From contig NC_068990.1 of assembly GCF_001194135.2 (NCBI RefSeq), positions 20,983,792 through 21,047,791 on the forward strand: a stretch of 64,000 nucleotides of DNA. The letters are read 5' to 3'. Position numbers and translations under genes: made by a program. Every line of letters begins with the position of its first letter. Within the stretch, counting starts at the first letter, position 1. The stretch comes from Octopus bimaculoides (lineage: Eukaryota). Positions 50,721 through 63,440 of this stretch are shown one piece after another. A model generated the notes under the pieces. It was given only the letters and a program-made list of their open reading frames with translations, had not been told where the DNA came from and ran no database searches.

Positions 50721-51669
50721 TCTCTCCATTGGTTTCAAGAATAGACCTTTTTTTTTACGTTCTAGATATTTCAAAAGAGACGTTCCAGCGTAAATGAAAT
50801 AGTTGTAGTGGTTAATAAATATGGATTGCATATATCGAATGACCGGGGACATGTGTAAATTGATATGTTGCTCAGTGGTATCAATGTAGAAAATATAAAA
50901 GCAACGAGAAAGACACAATTAGTGAATGTATCGATTGATGAAGGAAGAAACAGCAAAATAAATCATAGGACTTCCATTGAACAACGACGGCTATACGAGA
51001 GATACGAATACAAGACGTTCCAGGTGTGACCATCCCACATTTCGTCATATACTGTTCCACTCCGGTACCAATTAGCAAATGTCCCTCTCCTTTGTAAGAT
51101 GGCAGCGTATAAGACTGATTTCGTTCCGCACCGTCCGCTTATTTCTAAAACGATGAACACCCAAGGAGTGTCAACTTGGAGATTTCCTCGTTTGTTATGT
51201 AGAAGTCGAGTGTGTGGCCTCTTATACAACACATTGCTTGTAAAAGAATGCTTACTCTGATGGTGATGACTAATGTTAAATTTATTTACTCGGCCATGTG
51301 CTATTTGACATTTCAACATGACGATATCATATTGTTTGCAATGTCACATACAACGTTCAAGATGTGAAGCATTTACAGAAAACAAGCTATACGAATGAAT
51401 TTCTTATTATGTGAGTAGAAATGTACTCAGACCGAAGTGATATTTTAATATATAAAAGAAAAAGCATCAACTAATGCAATTCATGAATGTTCAATGGATG
51501 ATGATTAAGTAAAACTACATAGAATAGTAGATTATAGCTAACGAATGGATATTGACTAAGGCCATTAAATACGACATAACTTTTTTTTTTGTTGACCAAG
51601 CAAAACCTATAGATACAGTGTGTGCCAAAAGTCACGCACCAAAAGCACATGACATTTTATATATAATCA

Positions 51670-51730
<61 letters not shown>

Positions 51731-51747
51731 AATAATAATAATAATAA

Positions 51748-51961
51748 GGCCAACTGGCAGAATCGTTAGCACGCCGAGCAAAACGCTTAGCGGAATTTCG
51801 CCCGTCGATACGTCCTGAGTTCAAATTCTGCAGAGGTCGACTTCGCCTTTCATCTTTTCGGGAACGATAAATTCAGTACCAGTTGCGTACTGAGGTCGAT
51901 GTAATCGACTTAATCCACCACCCTACCAAATTTGAGTCCTTGAGTTTCCAGTAGAAAGGAT
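51748..51961 (+). mobile_element. SINE family 1 copy following (ATT)n(AAT)n
   Basis: CTGGCAGAATCGTTAGCACGCCG...GAGTTCAAATTC...GAGGTCGATGTAATCGAC...CAGTAGAAAGG. Confidence 0.85.
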
Positions 51962-52001
51962 TATTATTATTGTTGTTATTATCATCATCATCATCATCCT
52001 C

Positions 52002-52040
<39 letters not shown>

Positions 52041-54949
52041 GGTGGTGGTGGTGGTGTGTGTGTGTGTGTGTGTGTGTGGTAGATATACAGACATATAAAA
52101 AAATATCTATTATCCCGTAGATTGTAAAATTATGAGCAACCTTAATCAACTTTCCGTCCTTATGGAGTTTCATCAGCAGTGTCTGCATCGCTTGATCTGG
52201 AGAAGCAATTAACCGATCCGTTTCTATGCACATCATATCCAGTAGCTGCAGTTCTCTGAAGCTACTGATTTGCATATTATATGTATATAACGCTTTATTC
52301 AATACCAGGAGGTTATATGCGTTTTAAGAGCACAAGAAATATGTTCTGTATATTTTATATCATATAAAAATGGGATATTGCCGTAAAATATTGAATACAA
52401 AAGTGATCTATTATTTTGTGAATGTGCGTGAAAATAGACAAGTTGCTACACTCATGATCTCATGGTTGCGATTTCGATTCTCGGACAGGGCGTGCGTTGT
52501 ATTCCAGAACGGATCCCTCCGTTTCATGTTGCTCCAATCCACTCAGATGCGTAACCTTGCGACAAACTGACGACCCATTCAGGAAAAAGTTTACAATCTT
52601 GGTCACTTATTAGATATCACAGAAACTGGACACTGCCCATGTGAGTCTTAAGACTGGAGATAGTAATGTTCAGGAATGGTGATGATAAGGATGATGATGA
52701 TGACGCTGATGATGACGATGAACCGCTTTGAGAACTGCTTTAATTTTGCATCCTATATACAGCAGAACCTTAAATATTCATATTCGGTGCACGTTATCAT
52801 AGTTCGTTTTTTTAGGATTTGAAATGGGTTCATTTAACACCAGTACATGGCGGCGAGATATTATATCAAACCTACAAAATAAGAAATCATCACCAACGAT
52901 ATTTGAATTCACAGCCTAGAATGATGAGACTATTATGAGCACAGAGCATAAACCATCTGGTATGATTCCACTCATTTCCCAGCTCAAAGAGGCGAGCCTC
53001 GTCCTACGCTCGAGGTCATGGCATAGAACGCAATCCATAATATCAGCAGCGGGGCCCGACAGCATCATACTGGTTCAGTACCCCTTTCAGCAACATCAAA
53101 TTTACTCATCCGCCACAAACACTCTCCAAGCTTTCCTATCATTTATAAACTCTCTTGCCTCTCTCAATCCAACACCTCTAACTCAAACCTTTCCTCACTC
53201 CATCCATCCAGACAAACAGATAAACAAAATATGTTTAATGTAGTCCAGATTGTTAAAATCATTGGTGCTGCGCAATTTCCTTAATGTAAGATATGAACTT
53301 CTGAGACGATGGAAAATTCATAACTGTTAAAAAATTGACAGATGTGATTATATAATTAAAACATATCTTAAAAAAACAAGATTTGTGCATTGTCGTAATA
53401 AACAAATATTCCAAAATTCAAACAGAAAACAAACTAGACATTTGAGATTAAACGAAAGAAATGATTTAATTGTATTGTTATTGTTCTACAATAGTACAAT
53501 ATGCAGTATTTCTTCTTTGTTTTTTTTGTTTTGTTTTCATGAGTGTTAATGTGAAGAAGCTATATGAGTTAATAATATATAAACAAACGAAAATGCGAGA
53601 GTTAATATGTAAACGAACGACAAATAGGTAGACATACTTTGTTAGTGACGTCGTCGTCTGAACAATATTCTTACAAAGAAATGTTTGTTTGCCATAAAAG
53701 AAATGTTAAGAATTTGATCAGTGTCAGGCACATAGGAAGTAGCTAGGCCAAATTTAGCGGCGGCAAGTTTGTATTTATTTCATTCTCTCCTTCTTTCTTT
53801 CTGTCCTTTTTCTCTTCTCTACAATTAAATGAACGCATATCATAGTTTTTAAATAGCGTTGAATAGCAGTTATTATTATTCTTTCATTCACACTTATTTC
53901 TATCATCACGACAGCAACTTATCTTTTTCGCAACTATCGCGAAATAAATGAAATACATTTTGTTTTCCATTCTTTATTCCTTCTCTTATTTTTTTTTACA
54001 TCCTTTCTTCTCCCTTCAATAAATCTATGTCAATGATTTGTCAACGCTGAAAAACAAAATCCCGCCCACATTTGTCCAGCAAACGTATAATGTGAACTTT
54101 GACTTTTGAACTTGACAAAAATCACTTCTTAATATAAAAAAAAAAGAGCCAATTGTCACTTCGGAACTTTTTTCTTTCTACTTATTTATATTCTCAATAA
54201 GAATCTTTATTTTTTAAACTTCTTTGTTTTGTTTCTTTTTTCTTTCTCTCTCTCTCTCTCTTTATCGTTTTGTCCTCGTTATCATTTTATTTTTTCTCCT
54301 ATCAAATCTCATTTTCAATCACCTTTTATATTCCTCTTTCCTCCTTTTTCTTGCTGCCTTTAAATACATCGTTGTGAAAATCAACGCACCTGTTATTTTG
54401 ATAGCGATTGATGAGGGTCCTTTTCAGTGATAAGTCTTCATGAAATAAAAGAAAAGAGACCCCACGCCCTTTAGGACATTGAAATGAATAACAATATTTT
54501 TAAAGATTATAAACTAATTCTTTGCTTTAAAAGAAGTTGCTTTTCATTGTGGTTAATAGCGTTGACTATTAGTTGAGAAATATCTTTGCCAGTCTTAATG
54601 GTGTTATCTTTTGTTATTGAAATGTGCTTGGCTCTATTTTAGTATTTGTATAGATATCCATACCTTTTATTTCACTTTATCGATTGGATTCATACATACG
54701 CACACTCACACACACACATAATTGTACCTTATTTATGTTTTCTTTTAGTTGTGACAAGCTTGACACTTTGAAAAAGACTACAATAATTGGCATGTACCCA
54801 CGAAGCTTCGTGTTGTCTTTTAAACAAGAAAATATTTCATTGAAGTCGTATTAAAATAAACATGGTATAATACCATTTTAAAAAGAAGTCCATATTTAAA
54901 CGTTGCCTGAAATACAGTACAACAAATCCAGTCTTTTTACTCTCTCCCT

Positions 54950-55021
<72 letters not shown>

Positions 55022-55329
55022 TTGAAGACTTATTGTCATTGAATGCTTGAAATGAGGAGTAGATAGACAGCCGACAACTGATGAAGGGTCCTTTCACCGT
55101 GTTTACTTGTCCTGTTCTCCATTTTTCCTCGTTGTTTACATATTTCATGTTATTTGAACCGTTGGTGACGTCCTGTACCCATATATGCATGTATCTATAT
55201 ATACTATATATTATTTACTATTTATGATTTAATTGAGCGCCTCGCATCCATTTCCAAGTATATATATATATATAAATATATGATATATGATTTGATAGTA
55301 AATGGTAAGATGTGCCAATGAAAATGTGG

Positions 55330-55690
55330 CTACAATTTACAGGAAATGGCAACCAAATCTCCTGAGATTTTCGTCCTAAAGATTTGAAAATGAAGTGACA
55401 CAGGCTATGCAGTCATAAGTGCCTACATCGTGCAGCCAAGTCTCTCTAAAATTTCACCGTGCAAACGAAGAAATGAAATGGAATGACACAGGCATTGTAG
55501 TTATAAATGTCTAAAACCTGCAGGAAATAGCAGCCAAATGTCCCTTAAATTTCACCATACAAATTTTAAAATGAAACAACACAAGCAATATAGTCTTAGT
55601 TGACGACAACGTACAGAAAACGGAAGCCAAATTTCCGTTATAGTTTCACCGTAGAGACTTTGAAATGAAATGACAGGCAATTATAAATAC
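55330..55690 (+). repeat. Degenerate tandem repeat, unit about 90-95 bp, four copies
   Basis: Recurring CAG(G)AAA..GCAGCCAAAT...TTTCACC...AAATGAAA.GACACAGGC. Confidence 0.6.
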
Positions 55691-55856
55691 AGAGAAGAGA
55701 GAAAAGTCGTAGCTGTAATACCATCGATCGTATGTCTGTTCGGTAAGGCTGACTCGGCTTTACACATCAGTACATCTTACATTTGTCTAGTGGGAAATGT
55801 AATCTCAAAAAGACATTTTAGTTTGTGTGAGTGGATTTATATTTTACAATGTAGCA

Positions 55857-55911
55857 AAGCATTTTAAATCCACCTGAAGTGTATCATTAACGTTAAGACC
55901 GAACATAGAAC
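55857..55911 (+). repeat. 55-bp direct repeat, copy 1
   Basis: AAGCATTTTAAATCCA[C/T]CTGAAGTGTATCATTAACGTTAAGACCGAACATAGAAC; 54/55 identical to 57259-57313. Confidence 0.95.
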
Positions 55912-56119
55912 TAACTTGAAAAGTTTTTAACTGAGTCTCAACAAGAGTGGTCCATGATGGATGAAATAAGTAGCTGCAGGATGATAATTCGCACAGATAT
56001 ATTATTCTTTTATTTATATCCGTCGTTTGACTGCGGCCATGCTGGGGTACCACCTTCAAGAATTTTACTCGAACGGATCGACTCCATACCTTATTTATTT
56101 AATCTGGTATTATCGGTTT

Positions 56120-56170
<51 letters not shown>

Positions 56171-56466
56171 ATGCTGCTGCTGCTGCTGCTACTACTACCA
56201 CTAACACCACTACTATTATTAATACTAATACGCCCACTACTACTACTACAGCCACCACTACCTCTACTGTTACTAATACCGCCATCACCCCCTCCAGTAC
56301 TTCTACTACGGCCGCCACTCCTACTGCCACCATCACCACCACTACTACCACTGCTGCTGCTACTTCAGCTACCACAACTATTGCTACTGCTGCTACCACT
56401 AATACTACTACTAAAACCACCACCACCACCACCACCACCACCACCACCATAACTACTACTATTACA
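56120..56466. repeat. (ACT)n/(GCT)n/(ACC)n mosaic microsatellite
   Basis: Directly visible; source of the Thr-rich and Leu-rich ORFs. Confidence 0.95.
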
Positions 56467-56819
56467 CTGTAATCTAGCAAAAGGACCATTAATTACACAA
56501 TTAGAACAAAGGTGATAGACTTGCATAATACCTGGAGCATCGAGCAAAATGTGCCTTGCGGTATTTATTCTTAGTTAAAATTCCTCCTCGGTCGATTTTG
56601 CCTTTCATCCTTTTGAGGCGCATTAAGAAAAGCATCAGTCAAGCATTTCGGGCGATTTTATCGACTGACCAATTCCCTCAGACTTCAAGCTTTTGTGTCT
56701 ATGCAACAAAGAACGCTTATCATATGCGAGAGACAATTAATGTTATAATTAAAGCGTTTAGCCGAAACGCTTTCCATTCTCTCTTAGAATTTTGAATCTT
56801 AGAATCATGTAGTTTTTAT

Positions 56820-57260
56820 CCCTCAAGGAATTTGAGAATGATACCTGGCTTACCATCCATGCAGGAAGTGTAAAGGATTGTCTTAACAGATACGTCACAT
56901 GCATTGAGAAGAGCATTGTTGCTGTGAATTATTTTCTTTCCCCCAATTATTTTCTTTGTTTTCTTTCTTTGCCTTCTTTTCGCTTTTCCTTCTTTACTTT
57001 TTTTCTTTGTTTGATCTCCCTTCTTTCTCTACCATATGATTGTAAATGAACAATGTGGTGTGTTTATTTTGATAGCCTACCGATGCATGCAATGAGTTTC
57101 TTTGCCCTAGATGTTGGGAAGACACTCGGCAAGAAATGGAAACAAAATTGAATGAAGAGAAGAAGAAGAAGAAGAAGAAGAAGAAGAAGAAGAAGAAGAA
57201 GAAGAAGAAGAAGAAGAAGAAGAAGAAGAAGAAGAAGAAGAAGAAGAAGAAGAAGAAGAA
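56820..57260 (+). mobile_element. R4/Dong-like 3' end with a (GAA)n tail
   Basis: MIPGLPSMQEV...VLTDTSHALRRAL plus a 3' UTR homologous to 59750-60050 on the opposite strand; ends in (GAA)n. Confidence 0.85.
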
Positions 57261-57313
57261 GCATTTTAAATCCATCTGAAGTGTATCATTAACGTTAAGA
57301 CCGAACATAGAAC
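57259..57313 (+). repeat. 55-bp direct repeat, copy 2
   Basis: See copy 1; begins exactly at the end of the (GAA)n tail. Confidence 0.95.
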
Positions 57314-57465
57314 ATAAGTTTCACGCGTGTACGGAGTTCGATGTAATTACTTGTATCCTGCCATAAAATATGTAACCTTGAGCTAAATTTCGAAAGTAAT
57401 GTTGCAGGACTTCAATAATTTACTGAAAATGTTTGTTCGCTTGTTGTGGTATTTATATCGAACAT

Positions 57466-57820
57466 ACAACCATGGTGGTGTGGTTAAGATAATCGCTATG
57501 CCACCATGTCGCTTGGGTTCTGTCCCACTGCGCAGCACCTTTGGCAGATGTCTTATGCTGTACCTTCGGATCGACCAGTGCTTTATTTGTGAAACCGTGT
57601 GAAAGCCTGTCGTATATGTTTGTGTTGTGTGTGTTTGCGTTTGTACCTACATTGATTGAAGACTGGTGTTGGTTTATTTACGTCCCTGTAAGTTAGTGCT
57701 GCGGCAAAGGAGAAAAAACTATAAATAAATACTGGGGTCAATTTGATAGGCTAAACCTTTCAAAGCGATGCCCCAGCATGGCCGCAGTTCAATGACTGAA
57801 ACAAGTAGAAGGTAAAAGAT
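57466..57820 (+). mobile_element. SINE family 2 copy (diverged)
   Basis: GTGTGGTTAAG...GTCCCACTGCGCAGCACCTTTGGCAGATGTC...CCCCAGCATGGCCGCAGTTCAATGACTGAAAC. Confidence 0.8.
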
Positions 57821-58503
57821 GGGCGATACCCATAGCTTGGCTGTGGACAGTCACATCGTAGAAGAGATCGCATTGTAAAATCTATCCATTATACTCGGTT
57901 AAACCTCCATTGCACTGTCTCCGTCGGCTCAGCAAACAACTCGCAAAAAACCAAAACAGTGAGCGTAATAGTTATACTGTTCGGGTCTGTCATCGGACTA
58001 CACCATTGCCATACGGTCTCAACGACTGTAAATATTATGAACATTATTATTTCTTGTTCCAAATATACACCCCTGATTTTACAGATTATACTGTATTTAC
58101 AAATTATACATGTTCTTCGTGCAGTTTTAATGTTCAAATTATACACTTTTACAAAAGAATGACTTTGTATCTATTTCATTTATTTATTTATTTTTTTATT
58201 TAAATCTTTTATTGAATTCTTTAACAAGGAAATGGTTTGACTATTTATTAGTCTGCTGTCATGAAATTAGAATGATATATATTTCCTATAGAAATTAACT
58301 AATAATAAGTGACAATGGAAACAATTCCACTCCATTGTTTTCTTAGCTACCAAGACGTGACACTTCTTTTCTGCCATATGCTTATCAAACTTGTCAGTTT
58401 AACAATGGCTTTTAATGATCTTCACTGCTTCAGCATTGAATCGATAACAATGGATCCACTGCTATTGCTTCTCATACGATTGTTGTTGTTGTTATTATTA
58501 TTA

Positions 58504-58609
<106 letters not shown>

Positions 58610-58859
58610 AAGAGTGGTGGAATAGTAGTAACAGTAGACCATCAGTAGTTTGTTTAGCAATAATCTTGGCTGCGTGTTTTTTAAGTTCTTATTTCAAATT
58701 ACTCCGCAGTCGGTTTAGCTTTGAGTCCGTCTGCTACGTTTAAGACAGAATACCAGTTTCATACTGAGTCCCATTTTAGTAGCTGCTTCCTACCATCCGA
58801 TATTTATGGGTTTGTCATAAAAAGGTATTATCATCACCATCGTTATAATTATTATTATT

Positions 58860-59667
58860 TCACATACGCACAACAGATTAGACTGATGGAAAGGAAAGTC
58901 TTAACATCGGAATACAACAAGTAACCTTAGATGCTAAGAACCCTCCTAAATATTCTAGCTGTCCCTAATAACACTGTTTTCTGGAGCTGTACTATCTTCT
59001 CTATCCATCTGTTCAAATCTTTAGGGATAGTGCCTAATGCATCTATAATTACAGGGATAGCTTTTACCCGCACTTTCCATAGTCTCTGCAATTCAATGAC
59101 TAGGTCCTGGTACTTTGCTATTCTTTCTATACCTCTCATATTGATTTTTTTTTCACCTTTTGGGACTGTAAAGTCAATTATCTGACACTTTCTATTCTCT
59201 CTATCTACTTACTACCAAATCAGGCCTTCTAGCTTCTATTACTCTGTCAGTCTGAATTTTAAAGTCCCACAACATCTTATATTTCTTACATTCTAGTACT
59301 TTGCTGTGTTCATGTTCATACCATTAATCAGTAAGATAGCTTCTACATAATTCCCAGTGGATTACTCTCCCTAGGTTGTCTTGTCTTGTATTCTTTCTGT
59401 GCCATTATGCTATATTCACTTACTATATGAGGAACATTTACCTCTCTTGATTTACAGAACCTACACTGGGAATCCACTCACTTTTTTTTTTATGTTGGCT
59501 TTTATCCAATTAGTTCTCAATGCTTAATCTTGTGCTGCTAGTAACAAACTTTCTCTGTCTCCCTCTTCAGTTACCTTTCTGCAACTAGGACCATGTCTCA
59601 CTACTACTATTTCTTGCAATTATCTTTGGGAATCTAACACGCAAAGCCTTCTCATGACAGTCAGACT
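58860..59667 (-). mobile_element. R4/Dong-like 3' fragment (zinc finger to RLE C-terminus)
   Basis: KYQDLVIELQRLWKVRVKAIPVIIDALG...LQKTVLLGTARIFRRVLSI*. 3' end in short (AAT)n; 5' end abuts (GAA)n. Confidence 0.9.
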
Positions 59668-61543
59668 TTCTTCTTCTTCTTCTTCTTCTTCTTCTTCTTC
59701 TTCTTCTTCTTCTTCTTCTTCTTCTTCTTCTTCTTCTTCTTCTTCTTTCAATTTTTGTTTCCAAAAAACTCATTACTTGTATTGGTAGGCTATCAGAATA
59801 AACACACCACATTGTTCATTTACAATAATAAGGTAGATAAAGAAGGGAGATCAAACAAACAAAAAAGTAAAGAAGGAAAAGCAAAGAGAATGGAAAAAAG
59901 AAAACAAAGAAAAAAATGGGGAAAAGAAAATAATTCACAGCGACAATGCTCTTCTCAATGCATGTGACGTACCAGTTAAGACAATCTTTTACACTTCCTG
60001 CATGGATGGTAAACCAGGTATCATTCTCCAATAATCTTCAGTTCCTTTTCTGATCATTCCAAGTCCTCCTATAATCAATGGTATTGTAACCGTCTGGAGA
60101 TGCCACATTTTCCCAATTTCAATCAGCATAGTTTTATATTTTCTGAGCTTATCAGATTCTTTTGCCGAGATATTGTCATCACAATCTTTGCTCATGTCAA
60201 TCAATAAACAGATTGTATTGTTTTGGTCTTTCACAATAATATCTGGTTTACTAGCTTTGATTGTTCGATCTGCACATACTGGAAACTCCAAAAAACATCG
60301 TTTGATTTTTTCTTTCTTGTACGATTTTTCAGCAGTTTTGATTTTATGACGCCGACATATTATCCAGTGTAAATACTGGCCAAATCATGTCTTGATGTAT
60401 ATTCTACAGGTGCTAAACCTTACACCCAGAGATTAGGTGATTCACTGTTTCAATATCATCGTTATAGTATCGGCACTTTGGATCTACTCTGGTTTTCTTC
60501 ACATTGGCTTGATAGTTCCGGGTCCTTTAGCCCTGAGCTCCGTAGCCACTAATGGTTGTGCTTCTGGTCTACATTAGGTTGTTTGCTACGGGTGATATAT
60601 TTGTCATGCAGACGCCCTATCATCCAATTGTTCAAACGCATTTTGCTTTGCTCTTTATTTCACCTTCTTTGCAACTACAATTGCCGCACTTCAGTCATGC
60701 TGTTCATCCTGGGTATTGTGCATAAACTCACTTGAATCTTGTTTTTATTCCCCTTCATAAAAAAAGTAAAGCTTCTTACGACTTTTATGGTTTTCAACGA
60801 GCTTTAGTATCCAGTCGTTAGATGTTTCAAGATATTTGGCCAGTCCAATTCTGGTGGCTTTGTAAGTGATTTCAAATTGGAGCGAGCTTCGACCTTCTTG
60901 GACTGTGGGAAGGTAAAGAGGATCTGCGTCTGCCTTTGTATGGTGCATCTTATTGCCAGCCAGCCGCCTATAGATTTTCCTGTCAATCTTCCTTATTTCA
61001 CTGATATTCAAGTGCAACATATTGAAACTGTAAATAACAACCGGAGCTGCTAAGGAATGTATGGCTAACACTTTCCTACGGGCATTAAACTCAAATTTAA
61101 GGACTGCTCGAACTCTCCTGTAACATTCCTTCCTGATCTTCTCTTTCATGCTTGCATGCTGAATGCCAGAGCCCTCATTTATTCCGAGATATTTGTAAGT
61201 TTGTTCCTGCTCGAGTTCTTTTATGACTGTGCCAACATCTAGCACCACTGAATGTGAGATCTCCAATTTCCCTTTCTGGAAATTCGCCTTGGTACATTTT
61301 TTATCAAGACTAAATTCCATCCCGGTGTCATCACTGAATGCTTTCATAATATGTAACAGACCTTCAAGCTCATTATCGTCTTTGCCATGGTGCTTTAAGT
61401 CAACCATCCGAAATAGATGGTTTATTTTTCTTGTCGTCAATTTTATACCCATACCCTGTTCTGATAAGTTCAATTGTAAGTGGTATTAGAGTTATGCAAG
61501 AAATCAGAGGTGAAAGTGAGTCACCTTTGAAACTGCCACAGTA
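59668..61543 (-). mobile_element. R4/Dong-like element, 5'-truncated (RT core to RLE), with a (GAA)n tail
   Basis: FKGDSLSPLI, KINHLF, YKYLGINE, DRTIKASKPDIIV, LLIDMS and TVTIPLIIGGLG. Tail (TTC)n on the plus strand at 59668-59748; 5' end abuts (AAT)n at 61545-61605. Confidence 0.92.
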
Positions 61544-61606
<63 letters not shown>

Positions 61607-62789
61607 TCTAAGATGGAATCTATGCTCTCTATTTTGTTGGCCAGCAAGAAATGAAAATGGGAAGTGATCATGAACGTGAAATTGATGTTCATAATGAAAT
61701 CCTCCCATTACACAAATCCAAAGCCATTGTAATGAACAGCAACTGTAAAAGCGACAATTGCAGAAAGAGTAGCAGCAACGATGTGTTAAATAGAATAGCA
61801 GATAAGAAGAAAACACTGCACCATCATCAGCAAAATTAAGAGCGGAAAAGAAGGAAGTCATTCCCAGCACTACCACTGCGTTAGCAACAAACTGTAATAA
61901 TAGCAATGGAGCGAATGCCTCTACAGAGTAATAAGAAACGACAGCAAAAGCAATAAAAAAAGTAACTGTTGCAGTAGAAGAACGGCAAGGTTTCACTCCT
62001 TTGCGGTTTACTGCAAACACATTTGATTTACTCCCATTCGACTAAAATGACCAGTGCTTGGAACAAGTTGCTAACAAGTTGCATAAACAGCTTCCGTAGT
62101 AAAGTTAGACTCACCGTAACACCTCAGCTTCTAGAGTAAATAGCTAGAAGGCTGAATACTGTTTTTTTTTACCCTAACCTAGCTCTGAACAACAAATCTT
62201 TGATCAAATACATTCCACCTGGCTCTACTTACAAGAAGGCAAAATGTAACTTAGACTAAATTAGTTGCAATTTCTTGCAAGTCGATTAACTACCAAGTGT
62301 CTCCTGATAATAAAGTAATAATCAAATACTGGTGCTTGATTTTGTCCACTAGACTACGACTGTGGTCTGCCATTAATATTTGGCTTTATGACTATGTTAA
62401 ACGAAGCTGGATATGTAGAGTGGTCCTCATATGCCTGGGTAACTTTTTCGCTCGTCCATTCGAGGAAGTGAGTAGAATAAATACTAGAATAAGTTACTAA
62501 TATTTCTTTGACCGTCAGTATTAAGCGTTAAAAAATTTGCTCAACTTTATAGAATAAGCAACTTAGTTCCGTCCCTCCTACTACAAAATAGGATTGGTAT
62601 TTCAAATCTGAAGAAATTGAATTATAAAAAATTACTCAAATTTCAGCAACACCAAACCCAGAAGCACTATTTGTGTTAAACTTTTAAACAGCAAATGCAC
62701 GGTCGGCGTACATTAATTTGAACAACGATGTTAATAAATAACAAAAGCGTTAGCTATATGAAGAGGCCATTAGTACATATCTAACTTTA

Positions 62790-63440
62790 CAGGGTGTTCT
62801 GGATAAATTTCCATAAAAGAAAAAGGAAACAGCATCTCATTCAAAAATAAAAATATTATTAATTTGTCAAAAAGGAGTTCAACTACATTATGACTGGGAG
62901 ATAACAGTTGACTCAAAGTGACAGCCTTTAGCTTCCACCATGGCCTCGAGACGACTCCTCAACCTAGTGCATGCGTTCCTCACTGTATCCCTGAGAAGAT
63001 CTTCGAACACCTTGATCTTAGTCACCGGCTCGGCCTTGCTGTTGCAACAAAACGGTTGGTGTTTTTCTCAACTGCGCCCCACACAGTAATCCATGTGATT
63101 ACAAAAGAGAGAATTAAGAGTCAAGAAAATGGTGTTGGAGAAGCCGAAAAAATTCTCTGGCAACAACATTTGACTGTTTCTGGAAATATGACAAGGAGCT
63201 AAATTCGACTATCACGCATATGGCCTCGGAGTAGCAATCCCCTCCAGTTAGGGAGTGACCACAGTTTCCAACAGCTTCACATAATCGCGTGAATTTAGCC
63301 TTAGCCTCTGTTCAAAGTTGTGGAGTGACATGACGTCACTCTCACTAGAGAAACGCCCAAAGACCACCACATTTTGGAGCAACTTGGTTTTAATGATGAC
63401 GATCCTAAGTTTTACCACCTTTACAGTGTTCTCAGAGCTT
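62790..63440 (-). mobile_element. maT/mariner-like (Tc1/mariner superfamily) transposon, 3' part with terminal inverted repeat
   Basis: VVVFGRFSSESDVM...YVKLLETVVTP, MDY/VWGAVEKNTNR and DTVRNACTRLRSRLEAMVEAKG. Terminus TA|CAGGGTGTTCTGGATAAATT at 62788-62809. Confidence 0.8.

Noticed and set aside
50970-51030. Possible micro-exon (TSIEQRRLYERYEYKTFQ followed by CAG|GTGTGA)
   Set aside because: The acceptor lacks a pyrimidine tract, and I do not recognise the peptide.
52141-52185. Minus-strand CTGATGA-AACTCC-ATAA-GGACG-GAAA
   Set aside because: Helix II is out of register, and no helix I partner follows.
55070-55110. CTGATGAAGGG motif after a (TA)n tract
   Set aside because: No GAAA or closing helices downstream.
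56751-56773. Perfect 9-bp hairpin AAAGCGTTT-agccg-AAACGCTTT
   Set aside because: An isolated AT-rich hairpin with no CUGANGA upstream; expected by chance in 64 kb.
57965-58001. Minus-strand GTAGT-CCGATGA-CAGACCC-GAA-CAGTATAACT-ATTAC as a hammerhead relic
   Set aside because: Helix I could pair, but U4, A15.1, helix II and the NUH triplet are all defective; too degenerate to claim.
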